A stretch of 64,000 bases of DNA from a candidate division WOR-3 bacterium (lineage in GTDB: Bacteria > Hydrothermota > Tepidihabitantia > Tepidihabitantales > Tepidihabitantaceae). Position numbers and translations under genes: made by a program. The stretch is from NCBI GenBank assembly GCA_037441285.1, contig JBBISL010000008.1, positions 1 through 64,000 on the forward strand. The letters are read 5' to 3'. Positions 38,744 to 47,995 of this stretch are shown here, in pieces. The notes beneath the pieces were generated by a model that was given only the letters and a program-made list of their open reading frames with translations, had not been told where the DNA came from and searched no databases. Position 1 is the first letter of the stretch. Every line of letters begins with the position of its first letter.

Positions 38744-38830
38744 CCCGGATAGGATTCACTGAGTAACTTACCGAACCACTCCCTGAACCGTTCCCTGAGT
38801 GGTATCCGGGATACCCTCCCTGAATGAACC
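38744..38830. repeat. degenerate repeat with 4/12-nt period and palindromes
   Basis: CCGAACCACTCC-CTGAACCGTTCC-CTGAGTGGTATC; CCCGGATA/TATCCGGG arms; GGTATCC-G-GGATACC palindrome; motif shared with the 26.26-26.36 kb region. Confidence 0.5.
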
Positions 38831-39093
38831 GACGACTTGTGCAATTATCCAAATCACGATTTATCAAGATATTACCGAAATTGCCTCGGATTTAACCGCA
38901 ACCAGGCCGATAACATTCGGAATGGTATCATCTTTCTTTGCCAATATTACGCCTGTAAATGTGAAAATCCTCCCTTGACCCCGGGCGATTTTTGGGTAAT
39001 AGTGATAGTAATCAGGATACGAAATGAAAATCAAACGGCTGAAAACCTTTTCTAACACCGTTGACCCTGAGCACAAACTAAAAAGGAGTTACA

Positions 39094-39684
39094 ATGATTA
39101 AAGCGACCGGGTTTAACTGCAGTCCCAGACCCAAGGGTAACACATTTCTCGCGCTGAACACCGTGCTTGAAGAGCTGCGTACCGCGGGCATTGAGACGGA
39201 ACTGGTCCAGGTGGGTGGCTTGAACCTGCACGGCTGCCGGGCATGTAATAAGTGCGCCGAAATCCGGGACCGGCGTTGTCACGGCTGGGACGACGATATG
39301 AACCCCTTGATTGATAAGATGTTTTCCTCCGACATCATCTTAATCGGCTCGCCGGTTTACTTCAGTTCAATGACCGCAGAGGCAAAGGCTTTGATTGACC
39401 GTGCCGGTTATGTTGCGGGCAGGAACAACAACCCTTTACGGCACAAAATCGGTGCTGCGGTTGTCGCGGTGCGCCGCGGTGGCGGCAATGTCGTATTTGC
39501 GGAAATCAACTACTTCTTTCTTATTAAGGAGATGTTTGTCCCGGGTTCAACCTATTGGAACTTTGGCTTCGGCATGAAACCGGGCGAGATTCTCAATGAC
39601 GAGGAGGGAATTAAAAACTTCAAAAACCTGGGCGAAAACATTGCCTTCCTTGCCCAAAAACTCTGGCAGAAAAGGAAAGTTTAA
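39094..39684 (+). CDS. iron-sulfur flavoprotein (Isf/multimeric flavodoxin family)
   Basis: SPRPKGNT, CRACNKC-x7-C, GSPVYF, RRGGG; AAGGAG SD. Confidence 0.92.
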   Translation: MIKATGFNCSPRPKGNTFLALNTVLEELRTAGIETELVQVGGLNLHGCRACNKCAEIRDRRCHGWDDDMNPLIDKMFSSDIILIGSPVYFSSMTAEAKALIDRAGYVAGRNNNPLRHKIGAAVVAVRRGGGNVVFAEINYFFLIKEMFVPGSTYWNFGFGMKPGEILNDEEGIKNFKNLGENIAFLAQKLWQKRKV

Positions 39685-40281
39685 TTATCCATTACCGAAT
39701 TTGAAATCCCCAAGCACCGAATAGATTGGTCCTTCCGGTTTAAGGACCGAGCGGAATAGAATCAGCCGGGAGATGGTAAAAGGCGAACTTTGAAATGATG
39801 TCTCATTTATAAAGTTCACATCCACCGGTTCGCGCAGCCTTCCCAGGGTCAAATGCGGGCTGAACGGTCTCTTCTCCGGCACATAGCCAATTCGGGCAAG
39901 AGCCCGGGAAACCTCCTTCTGAACTTCTATTAACTCTCTCTCACCGGTTTTTAGCCCGACCCACAAAACCCTCGCCCTTACCGCGGATGGAAAAGCGCCC
40001 AAACATTCAAGCCGGCACTCAAAAGGCTTGAATCTACCCGCCACCTCCCTTAACTCAACCTTTGCCCGCTCGATAAACTCCGGACTGACCTCACCCAGAA
40101 ATGTCAGGGTGATGTGCATCTGCTCCGGTTTGACCCATTTGACCGAAAAGCGGGCTCTCTCTTTCAATTGGCTCAAAAGATGAGAAACCTCTGCCTTTAC
40201 TTCGGGCGCGGTGTCAACTGCAACAAACGAACGAATCGCTTCGCTCTTGCCCTCATCCGCGCTCCGCTTACCGTTTTTCAC
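39685..40281 (-). CDS. thpR: RNA 2,3-cyclic phosphodiesterase (2H family)
   Basis: RSFVAV, two HxT motifs (HITL, HLTL), GPIY. Confidence 0.93.
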   Translation of the reverse strand: MKNGKRSADEGKSEAIRSFVAVDTAPEVKAEVSHLLSQLKERARFSVKWVKPEQMHITLTFLGEVSPEFIERAKVELREVAGRFKPFECRLECLGAFPSAVRARVLWVGLKTGERELIEVQKEVSRALARIGYVPEKRPFSPHLTLGRLREPVDVNFINETSFQSSPFTISRLILFRSVLKPEGPIYSVLGDFKFGNG

Positions 40282-40293
40282 TGTTTACCCCCT

Positions 40294-41523
40294 TTACAAT
40301 AGCACCCGGCGCAAAAGGTCAAGCGCCGAGTATGCCGAACGCTCTTTGACAACCCTGCGGTTGCCCGAAAAGATGTGCCGTTCAACCTTGACTCTGCCTT
40401 TATACGCCACACCGATATAGACCAGACCAACCGGCTTCTCTTTTGTCCCGCCACTCGGACCGGCGATACCAGAAACCGCAATCCCGCAGTCGCTACCGAT
40501 AACCCGGCAAACACCTGTTGCCATCTCCTTAACCGTCTGGTGACTCACCGCACCGTAGCGCTGCAAGGTCTTCTCCTTCACGCCGAGCACCGCCATCTTT
40601 GTCTGGTTGGAATAGGCAACAACACCACCCAGATAATAGTCTGAACTACCCGGCACATTGGTCAAAATGTCGCCAATTAAACCTCCGGTACAGGACTCCG
40701 CGGTGCTTAATGTCAGTTGTTTCTTGCGCAAAATCTCACCTACCACCACCTCAAGGCTTTTATCCTCATCGGCATAAACCCGCTCACCGAAAAGTTCCTT
40801 TAACTCAGCGGCGCAAGCCTCTACCGCCTTCTTATCTCCACCCGAAATCAAAAGGTCCAGCCCCTGAACCGAAGGGTAGTAACCAATCTTGACACCGTGA
40901 TAACAACCAACAAGCCGGTTCACCCGGGGCGCAATCTTTGACTCAATCAAACCAAATGTCCGGATAAGGGCAACATTCGTTCTTTCCGCTGAAAACCGCT
41001 CCTTCAGATAAGAAACAACCCCGGCTTCAAGGATGGCTTTAAGTTCCTCGGGCACCCCGGGGAAAAGAATAAGAGTACTACCCTGATGCTCCACCACTGT
41101 TCCCGGCACCATACCAACTAAATTTTCAAAAACGGTTGCCCCCTCAACAATGAGCGCCTGCCGCTTTGCCAGTTCTGGAGTTCTTATGCCCCTCCGGCGG
41201 AAAAATCGGTCAATCCGTTTTAGACTTTCCTGATGAACTATCAACTTCCGGTCAATCAGTTCCGCAACCGCTTGCAAAGTTCTGTCATCCGGTGTTGGAC
41301 CGAGCCCACCGCCGACAAAAACCAATCGGGAGTTGACCAGTGCGCCTGCCACCGCCCTTTTAATCGCCTCCTCATTATCGCCGACCCGCACCACCCTTTG
41401 TGTGTCAATACCAATCTTTGCCAGTTCCCGGGCGATGACCGCAGAGTTGGTATCCACAACCCTGCCCGCCACCACCTCATCGCCGACAATTACTATCTCT
41501 GCCCCTGAACTTCTGCTAACCAT
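40294..41523 (-). CDS. cinA: competence/damage-inducible protein A (CinA with PncC domain)
   Basis: GDEV-VDTNS, GGLGPTPDD, PGVP, AESCTGG, GAVS, SGIAGP. Confidence 0.95.
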   Translation of the reverse strand: MVSRSSGAEIVIVGDEVVAGRVVDTNSAVIARELAKIGIDTQRVVRVGDNEEAIKRAVAGALVNSRLVFVGGGLGPTPDDRTLQAVAELIDRKLIVHQESLKRIDRFFRRRGIRTPELAKRQALIVEGATVFENLVGMVPGTVVEHQGSTLILFPGVPEELKAILEAGVVSYLKERFSAERTNVALIRTFGLIESKIAPRVNRLVGCYHGVKIGYYPSVQGLDLLISGGDKKAVEACAAELKELFGERVYADEDKSLEVVVGEILRKKQLTLSTAESCTGGLIGDILTNVPGSSDYYLGGVVAYSNQTKMAVLGVKEKTLQRYGAVSHQTVKEMATGVCRVIGSDCGIAVSGIAGPSGGTKEKPVGLVYIGVAYKGRVKVERHIFSGNRRVVKERSAYSALDLLRRVLL

Positions 41524-41566
41524 CGCTCAATGTCCTTTCTTTTTATCTCTTAAACCCGCCATCCTA

Positions 41567-41606
41567 TCACCCCCACCTTAATTTTCCCCCATCAAAGGGG
41601 GAGGAG
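41567..41606 (+). repeat. REP-like GC-rich hairpin element
   Basis: TCACCCCCACCTTAA then TTTTCCCCC-ATCAAA-GGGGGAGGA stem-loop; resembles, from memory, a widespread intergenic CCCCACC...CTCCCCC...GGGGGAGG repeat. Confidence 0.5.
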
Positions 41607-41776
41607 ATATTAAAAGGTATTTTCGCATTCGCACCACACCCAAGAATACCGTTGAAATTAAAATCGGTCAACCAGAAAAAGTTACACCGGGGTGAAATTG
41701 CGCAGTCGTACGACAATCCGCTCCGCCCGGTATTATACTGCAGGGAAAATAGCCCCGTCAGGGTGATTGTGTAATG

Positions 41777-42289
41777 TTACACACCGAGTCGGGGTAAAAG
41801 TAAAATCAAGCCCCTCAATACCAGATTGGCACAGATGCCGGCAAGGACATCATCCAGCATCACACCCCAACCACCCCGCACATCCTGCACCCGATTGATA
41901 AAGGGCAGTTTCAGGATGTCAAACCCGCGCCAGAGCACAAAACCAACCGCCAGTCCGGCAAAGGAGACCGGATTTAAGAAAAAGGTGATGAGGGTGCCGA
42001 CAATTTCGTCAATGGTAACCCGTGCCGGGTCTTTCCCCCAGACCTTTTCCAGTTCATCCGCCAGAAATACGCCGAGGAAAAAGACAACAACAATCACCAC
42101 CGCTGCCAGTAACGGCTGACGCGAAAGGAAATAAGCCGGAACTAAACTAAAAAGACTGGTTACAGTCGCCGGTGCGAAAGGAAAGTATCCGGTAAAGAAC
42201 CCGCTGGCAAACGCTGCCTGGAGAAAGAATTTAAGCCCGTGCCGGGGCTTTTTTACCGCCGGCGCCGGCTCGGGAACCTCTGCTCCCAC
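41777..42289 (-). CDS. pgpA: phosphatidylglycerophosphatase A
   Basis: PFAPAT, KDPARVTIDEIVG, RGFDILK, GGWGVMLDDVLAG; start uncertain. Confidence 0.92.
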   Translation of the reverse strand: MGAEVPEPAPAVKKPRHGLKFFLQAAFASGFFTGYFPFAPATVTSLFSLVPAYFLSRQPLLAAVVIVVVFFLGVFLADELEKVWGKDPARVTIDEIVGTLITFFLNPVSFAGLAVGFVLWRGFDILKLPFINRVQDVRGGWGVMLDDVLAGICANLVLRGLILLLPRLGV

Positions 42290-43158
42290 TCCACCACCAG
42301 ATTCGCCACCACAAAGATTGAAGAGTAGGTACCAATCACAATGCCCACCGTGAGTGCAAAGGCAAAGTCTCTGATTTCTGACGAGGCGAGCACGAGTAAG
42401 GCAATTGTTACAAACAGGGTGGTCAGAGAGGTGATAACCGTGCGGGAAATTGTCTCATTTATCGCCCGGTTGACAATATCCGGGAACGACTCTTTACGGA
42501 TTTTCTTGACCGCTTCCCGAATCCGGTCGGAAACAACAATTGAGTCATTAACTGAATAACCAATCACCGTCAGGATGGCGGCAATCAGCGTCGTGGTGAT
42601 TTCCCGGTTGAAAAGGGCGCAAAAACCAAGGGTGATTAAGGTGTCGTGAATGAGCGCCAATACCGCACCGGTGCCAAAGCGGAAGTCAAACCGGAAACTG
42701 ACATAGATGAGGATACCGATGAGCCCGATAAGAACCGCAATCAACACCTTGCTCTGTAACTCTTGGGAGATGCGCGGACCAACCGCCTCATCCCGCAAAA
42801 CCTCAAACGGTATATTGGGAAACGAGACGGCAAACTGCTGGCGCAACCGCGAGGAAAATCCGCTTTCGTCACCGGACTTGGCGCTGGGCTTTACCCGGAT
42901 GAGAAAGTCGCCGGTTTCGGTCTGCTGGATTGAAGCACCACCTTCACCTATCGCGGTCAGCGCCGCCCGAACCGCATCAATCTTTACCGGAGCGGAGAAA
43001 CGCACCTGCACCAATCCCCCACCGGTAAAGTCCACACCGTACCGGAACCCTTTAAACACAATCAAAAGAACACTAACCACAACCAGGCACGCCGAAATCA
43101 AAAAGAAGAGCCGGCGTCTGGGCACAAATGGAATATTCGTATCGCCAAGTAGTTTCAT
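42253..43158 (-). CDS. secF: protein translocase subunit SecF
   Basis: GVDFTGG, HDTLIT, GYSVNDSIVVSDRIRE, GTYSSIF. Confidence 0.97.
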   Translation of the reverse strand: MKLLGDTNIPFVPRRRLFFLISACLVVVSVLLIVFKGFRYGVDFTGGGLVQVRFSAPVKIDAVRAALTAIGEGGASIQQTETGDFLIRVKPSAKSGDESGFSSRLRQQFAVSFPNIPFEVLRDEAVGPRISQELQSKVLIAVLIGLIGILIYVSFRFDFRFGTGAVLALIHDTLITLGFCALFNREITTTLIAAILTVIGYSVNDSIVVSDRIREAVKKIRKESFPDIVNRAINETISRTVITSLTTLFVTIALLVLASSEIRDFAFALTVGIVIGTYSSIFVVANLVVEWEQRFPSRRRR

Positions 43159-43160
43159 AT

Positions 43161-44831
43161 TTATATCCTCAGTGTTTTGACTTCAAACTGGGCAAGGAAC
43201 CAGTCAAAGATAAACCTCGTCAGGAAAACCGCGGTCAGCACGTTAAGCACCAGACCGACACCAAGCGTGATGGCAAAACCCCGAACCGGACCAGAGCCAA
43301 TAAAGTAGAGTGCCAGGGCGGTGATAATCGTCGTAGCGTTCGCGTCAATGATTGTCACCAGTGCCCGGGCATAACCGGTATCAACCGCTGCCATCGGCGT
43401 CTTTCCCGCCCGCAACTCCTCGCGGATGCGTTCAAACACCAGCACATTGGCATCAACCGCCATCCCGATTGTCAACGCGATACCCGCAAGCCCGGGCAGG
43501 GTGAGTGTTGCCCTCAAAGCAGCAAGAACCGCAAGTAGCAGAAAGATGTTCGCTGCCAGGGCAAAGTCCGCTAACAACCCGCCAACACCGTAGTAGATAA
43601 GCATAAACAGAACCACCACCAGCGCGCCCACCGCTGACGCGATTAACCCGCGCCGAATCGCATCCGCGCCGAGCGAAGCACCGATTGAGCGCTCTTCCAC
43701 CACCACCACCGGTGCGGGCAGGGCACCAGAGTTCAGCACAATCGAAAGGTCTTTTGCCCTGTCACCCCGGCGGTCGTACATTGTAATCTGCCCCCGACCA
43801 TTGGGAATCCGCTCCTGGATGCGGGGCGCCGAGCGCACAACACCGTCCAGAACAATCGCCAGTCTTCTTCCCACATTTCTGCCGGTAACCGTCGCAAATT
43901 TTGCCGCGCCCTCCCGGTCAAGCTCAAAGTTTACCACCCAGGTGTTTGCCCGTTCCAGTTCGGCACCCTGATAAATTGCCGGCTCTGCCCGCTTTAACCG
44001 CGTGCCCACCAGTTCCGGCTCACTCTTGATAAGGTAAACCCGTACCACCTTGTCATTGTCCACCGTTTCAACCGGTCCATAAGCAAACTCATAACCCTGA
44101 GGCCAGAACTCCTTTCCCTGTTCCAGAACCGCCCGGAAGTTAGCGGTATCCCTGGCGTAAATCAGGAGGTCCAGTTCATCGCCCTCACTGCGCAGATAGC
44201 TTAAAAGCGTTCCCGGTGCCGCCTCTTTTTCCGTTGTAGTATCTAACGGCTGGTTCACCGTTGAATCAACCATTGGTTGCACTCCGCCCTTCGCCTGCAG
44301 CCGCTCATCAATTGTCTTCAACGCATCGTAAACCTTTGCCTTCTCCTCAACCAGATTGAAAGTGAGATGCGCCGGTTGCTTTATGATGTTGAGCGCCCGT
44401 TCCCGGTCAACCCCGGGCAGTTGCACCAAAATTCTTCCCCGGTCGGTCTTCTGAATCGTCGGCTCAAATACCCCGAACTGGTCTATTCGGTTTTGGATAA
44501 CCTCCAGCGCCAGGTCTGGTGCCCGTCTTGCTTCCTCTTCGGAAAGTTGGGACCGGTCAACATCCAGCACCACATGCATCCCACCTACCAGGTCCAGTCC
44601 AAGATGGACAATCCGCTTCTCATAAAGCGCCCCTTTTCGCTGGTTGAACTCGTTGATTTCCATCCGCACCGCCTGACTATCCTCAAATGTCGCCGCCCGA
44701 CTCAACCGCTCTTTTAACGCCTTTTCCTGCTGGGGAAATAGCACATAAAGTTGAAAACTGGGCCAGAGTATCACTCCGGCGATAATAAAAGCCACTAACC
44801 AGATTGCAAGTTTAATTCTCGTGCCTCTCAA
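43161..44831 (-). CDS. secD: protein translocase subunit SecD
   Basis: LGLDLVGG, RIDQFGVFEP, SGALP, GMAVDANVLVFERIREE. Confidence 0.97.
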   Translation of the reverse strand: MRGTRIKLAIWLVAFIIAGVILWPSFQLYVLFPQQEKALKERLSRAATFEDSQAVRMEINEFNQRKGALYEKRIVHLGLDLVGGMHVVLDVDRSQLSEEEARRAPDLALEVIQNRIDQFGVFEPTIQKTDRGRILVQLPGVDRERALNIIKQPAHLTFNLVEEKAKVYDALKTIDERLQAKGGVQPMVDSTVNQPLDTTTEKEAAPGTLLSYLRSEGDELDLLIYARDTANFRAVLEQGKEFWPQGYEFAYGPVETVDNDKVVRVYLIKSEPELVGTRLKRAEPAIYQGAELERANTWVVNFELDREGAAKFATVTGRNVGRRLAIVLDGVVRSAPRIQERIPNGRGQITMYDRRGDRAKDLSIVLNSGALPAPVVVVEERSIGASLGADAIRRGLIASAVGALVVVLFMLIYYGVGGLLADFALAANIFLLLAVLAALRATLTLPGLAGIALTIGMAVDANVLVFERIREELRAGKTPMAAVDTGYARALVTIIDANATTIITALALYFIGSGPVRGFAITLGVGLVLNVLTAVFLTRFIFDWFLAQFEVKTLRI

Positions 44832-45544
44832 GAGTACACCTCCAGTAAACGCTTCATATCTCTAACCGCCTGTATAAGTCCAACAAATACCGCCCGGCTC
44901 ACAATCGCAAAACCGATGGAAAACCCCTGCGCCCAACTCTGTTTCAGAATTGGCACAACATTCAGGTAATCCAGTCCATGCCCAACATGGACAACTAAAC
45001 CGTGCTGGATTGCGGTCTGTGCCGCGGTCTCCAGCTCCTGGAGCCGAAACTCCCGGCGTCGGGGCTCTTTACTGTAACGGTCGGTATTCAACTCCACAAC
45101 CTGCGCCCCGACTTTTGCGGCGGCCACTACCTGTCGTGGTTCCGGGTCAATGAATAAACTCACCCTTACGCCAGCACGGTTCAGCGTTGCCACTACCCGA
45201 CGCAACCGCTTTGCTTCTTCTACTACATCCAGACCACGGGTTGTTGTAACCTCGGTGCTCAGTTCTGGCACCAGCGTCACCTGGTCCGGCTTGACGGTGC
45301 AGGCAAATTTAACCAGGTCTGGTTTCGCCGCCATCTCAACGGTCAGCTCCGTCTTTATCGTCTGGCGCAAAAGTTTTACATCCCGGTCGTTGATGTGCCG
45401 CCGGTCCTGGCGCAAATGGACCGTAATACCATCGGCACCGCCTAATTCAACCAGCGCTGCTGCCTGCACCGGGTCAGGAAACATCTCCTGCCGCGCCTGC
45501 CGCAGCGTCGCAATGTGGTCGATATTAACAGATAATGTTCTCAA
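44828..45544 (-). CDS. pdxJ: pyridoxine 5-phosphate synthase
   Basis: VNIDHIATLRQAR, ITVHLRQDRRHI, TLVPE, VSLFIDP, GHGL. Confidence 0.95.
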   Translation of the reverse strand: MRTLSVNIDHIATLRQARQEMFPDPVQAAALVELGGADGITVHLRQDRRHINDRDVKLLRQTIKTELTVEMAAKPDLVKFACTVKPDQVTLVPELSTEVTTTRGLDVVEEAKRLRRVVATLNRAGVRVSLFIDPEPRQVVAAAKVGAQVVELNTDRYSKEPRRREFRLQELETAAQTAIQHGLVVHVGHGLDYLNVVPILKQSWAQGFSIGFAIVSRAVFVGLIQAVRDMKRLLEVYS

Positions 45545-45552
45545 TTCAGCCG

Positions 45553-45581
45553 ATTTTAGAAAACCTTCTGCCTGTTGTCAA
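45553..45581 (-). promoter_or_regulatory. promoter of pdxJ-secDF, leaderless
   Basis: TTGACA-17 nt-TAAAAT, 8 nt before TTG 45544. Confidence 0.65.
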
Positions 45582-46735
45582 CTTAATTCAGGTGGTGGTG
45601 CGGTGCGCGGTGTTTTTTTCCAGAACCGCTCCCGCTGGAAAAAGTAGCGCCCGTAACCAATAACCAGACCGATATTGAGATAAAGATAATACTGAACTAT
45701 CAGGAATTTGCGCCACCGTCTTGGTACTACAAACAAAAGCGGAATTGTGGCATAGGCGAGCAGTTGCAGCACAAACAGTACGGCAAAAAATGGGTGCTTG
45801 ACCTGTAAACCCGTACCAATAAGCATCATAAGGAGCAGAAATGGCACCATCATCCTGATGACCTTATGGGAAAAGTAAACCCAGGCTTTCTTACCATACT
45901 TTGGGGAAAGCAGGTGATAACAGCGCAAGAGCGCCTGGAGGTTACCGCTGGAAATCCTTGATTTGCGCCGGTATTCAACCGTTTCGCTCTCCGCCCGGGT
46001 AACAACCAGCGCCCGGGGCTCACAGACCACATCATACCCGTATCGGAAAGGTCTGATTCCCAGGATAAAATCATCAAGAATTGTGTCGTCCGGTATTGGG
46101 GTCGCAAGTGACCTTCGGACCATATTGGCATAGGCATAACAACCAACCATCGCGCCGATGCTACCTTCCAGTTCTTTTACCTTACTCTCCCAGATGTCGT
46201 AGAAACTCTCGGCTGGACTGCCATCCTCGTTTACCCGCCGATATTTAGGATTAACAACCCCGACTTTGGGGTCAAAGAAATTTTCAACCATAAGTTTAAG
46301 CGACTGTGGTGTCAGCAAAGAGTCGGCATCGGTACAGAGTACAACATCGCCGGTTGCCATCTCCAGAAGTCGATTCTGAACCACGGTCTTACCCGCCTGC
46401 TCGTCAAAATGAATCAACCGCACCCGCGGGTCATTGAATGAACGAATTATCTCGTCGGTACGGTCAGTGGAGTTGTCCGAACCAATAAGAATTTCGAGAT
46501 AATCAGTTGGGTAGTCCATCGCGAGAATATTCTTCATCTTTTCGGCAATAATCGCCTCCTCGTTATAAACCGCCATCACCACACTTACCCGTAACGGTTC
46601 ATCTCGCTGCTCAAATTGAAACCTCCTTGGAAACAGCCTTCCATATATCCAGAGTAGCACAGGAAAGACTACCCAGTGGTACACGATAAACCCTAAGGGT
46701 ACCCAGAAAAGAACTATTGCCAATGGCTCAAACAT
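45578..46735 (-). CDS. GT2 family membrane glycosyltransferase
   Basis: YNEE, SDNSTD, TDAD, LDDF, RRKSRI; TM segments at both ends. Confidence 0.9.
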   Translation of the reverse strand: MFEPLAIVLFWVPLGFIVYHWVVFPVLLWIYGRLFPRRFQFEQRDEPLRVSVVMAVYNEEAIIAEKMKNILAMDYPTDYLEILIGSDNSTDRTDEIIRSFNDPRVRLIHFDEQAGKTVVQNRLLEMATGDVVLCTDADSLLTPQSLKLMVENFFDPKVGVVNPKYRRVNEDGSPAESFYDIWESKVKELEGSIGAMVGCYAYANMVRRSLATPIPDDTILDDFILGIRPFRYGYDVVCEPRALVVTRAESETVEYRRKSRISSGNLQALLRCYHLLSPKYGKKAWVYFSHKVIRMMVPFLLLMMLIGTGLQVKHPFFAVLFVLQLLAYATIPLLFVVPRRWRKFLIVQYYLYLNIGLVIGYGRYFFQRERFWKKTPRTAPPPELS

Positions 46736-47894
46736 TACCACCTGCCAGAACCCGACGATAAACCTCGATATGTTTCGCCGCTGTCTTTTCCCAGGTAAAC
46801 TCCTGAACCCGGTTTAACCCCTTCTCCCGCAAAGAGGCACTTAAGGTCTCATCCGTTAACACCCGCTCCAGCGCCAGTTTTAACTCTTCAGGGTCATTTG
46901 GTGCAATCAAAAGTGCCGCATCACCCGCAACCTCAGGCAACGATGAGATGTTGGAGGTGACAACTGGTGTCCCGCACGCCATCGCTTCAAGCACGGGCAA
47001 ACCAAACCCTTCATAAAGAGAAGGAAAAACCACCGCCTTCGCCAGATTATAAACACCGGGCAGCAACTCCTGGGGTACAAAACCCAAAAATTGCGCCTTA
47101 CTTCCCAATCCCAATTTGTTTGCCAACCCGCGGATTTGATCAGCCCCTAACCCATCGCGACCGGCAAGAACCACTCCATCAACCAACCCTCGTTTTATTA
47201 GCGGCGCCGCCGCCTGAAGCAAAACCCCGATATTTTTCTTCACCTCCACGACCCCAACATGAAGAATATACCTTTCCGGAAGTGCCAATTGGACACGGAC
47301 CTTACTTAAATAGTTCTCGTCGTAATCGTTTCGGAACTCTTCACCAATACCGTTGGGAATCGCAGTAACCCGTTTCGGGTCTGTCCGAAACACCTTAATC
47401 AAGTCGTCTCGCGTCTTTTCGCTGACGGCTATCACCGCATCGGCAGAGCGTAAAGACCTCTGCGTTTGCAATACCATATAACGGCGGTAAATACGCCCGT
47501 AGGCATGGGGAATCTGGATAAAAGATATGTCGTGTATTGTCACCACCGTTTTACAAGGCAGCCGAAGCGGTAAAACGAAGTTTGCCCCATGAAATAAGTC
47601 AATGTTTGCTCGCGCTACATAAAAGGGGACATAGAAATTTAACCAGAAAGGCGAATACAATTTAGCCCATCCCGTACCGTCCCCCAGGTAACTTCCTAAG
47701 ACCACCGCGCGACAACCCGCTGGGACCTTACCTTCTGGTGCCCTGCGGTCTACAAGCAAATAAACCTCAAAATCTGGTGCCAGCTGCACCATCCATCGCG
47801 CAATCTGAAAAACATAATGGCCAATTCCTGACATTCGGCGTACAATCCGCCGGGCATCAATCGCAATCCGGAAACGAGCCGGGGGGTTCAGCAT
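46728..47894 (-). CDS. GT4 family glycosyltransferase
   Basis: IAIDAR, TIHD, PSLYEGFGLPVLEAMACG; start placed from the promoter position. Confidence 0.92.
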   Translation of the reverse strand: MLNPPARFRIAIDARRIVRRMSGIGHYVFQIARWMVQLAPDFEVYLLVDRRAPEGKVPAGCRAVVLGSYLGDGTGWAKLYSPFWLNFYVPFYVARANIDLFHGANFVLPLRLPCKTVVTIHDISFIQIPHAYGRIYRRYMVLQTQRSLRSADAVIAVSEKTRDDLIKVFRTDPKRVTAIPNGIGEEFRNDYDENYLSKVRVQLALPERYILHVGVVEVKKNIGVLLQAAAPLIKRGLVDGVVLAGRDGLGADQIRGLANKLGLGSKAQFLGFVPQELLPGVYNLAKAVVFPSLYEGFGLPVLEAMACGTPVVTSNISSLPEVAGDAALLIAPNDPEELKLALERVLTDETLSASLREKGLNRVQEFTWEKTAAKHIEVYRRVLAGGNV

Positions 47895-47904
47895 ATTAAA
47901 TGGA

Positions 47905-47988
47905 AGTATAACCTGCACATAAACCCAGTCAATGTAAAGGGATTTGATTTCTGTGCCTCCTTGACCCCCTAAGAGCAATCAATATACT
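47905..47988. promoter_or_regulatory. back-to-back divergent promoters
   Basis: Minus: TTGACT-16-TATACT (47932-47905); plus: TTGACC-16-TATACT (47961-47988). Confidence 0.65.
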
Positions 47989-47995
47989 GAACTCG

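Noticed and set aside
38679..39076. Small ORFs in the nfeD/flavoprotein intergenic region, including the GSGSGS ORF 38679..38867
   Set aside because: Low complexity follows from the 12-nt DNA periodicity; no clear SD or recognisable family
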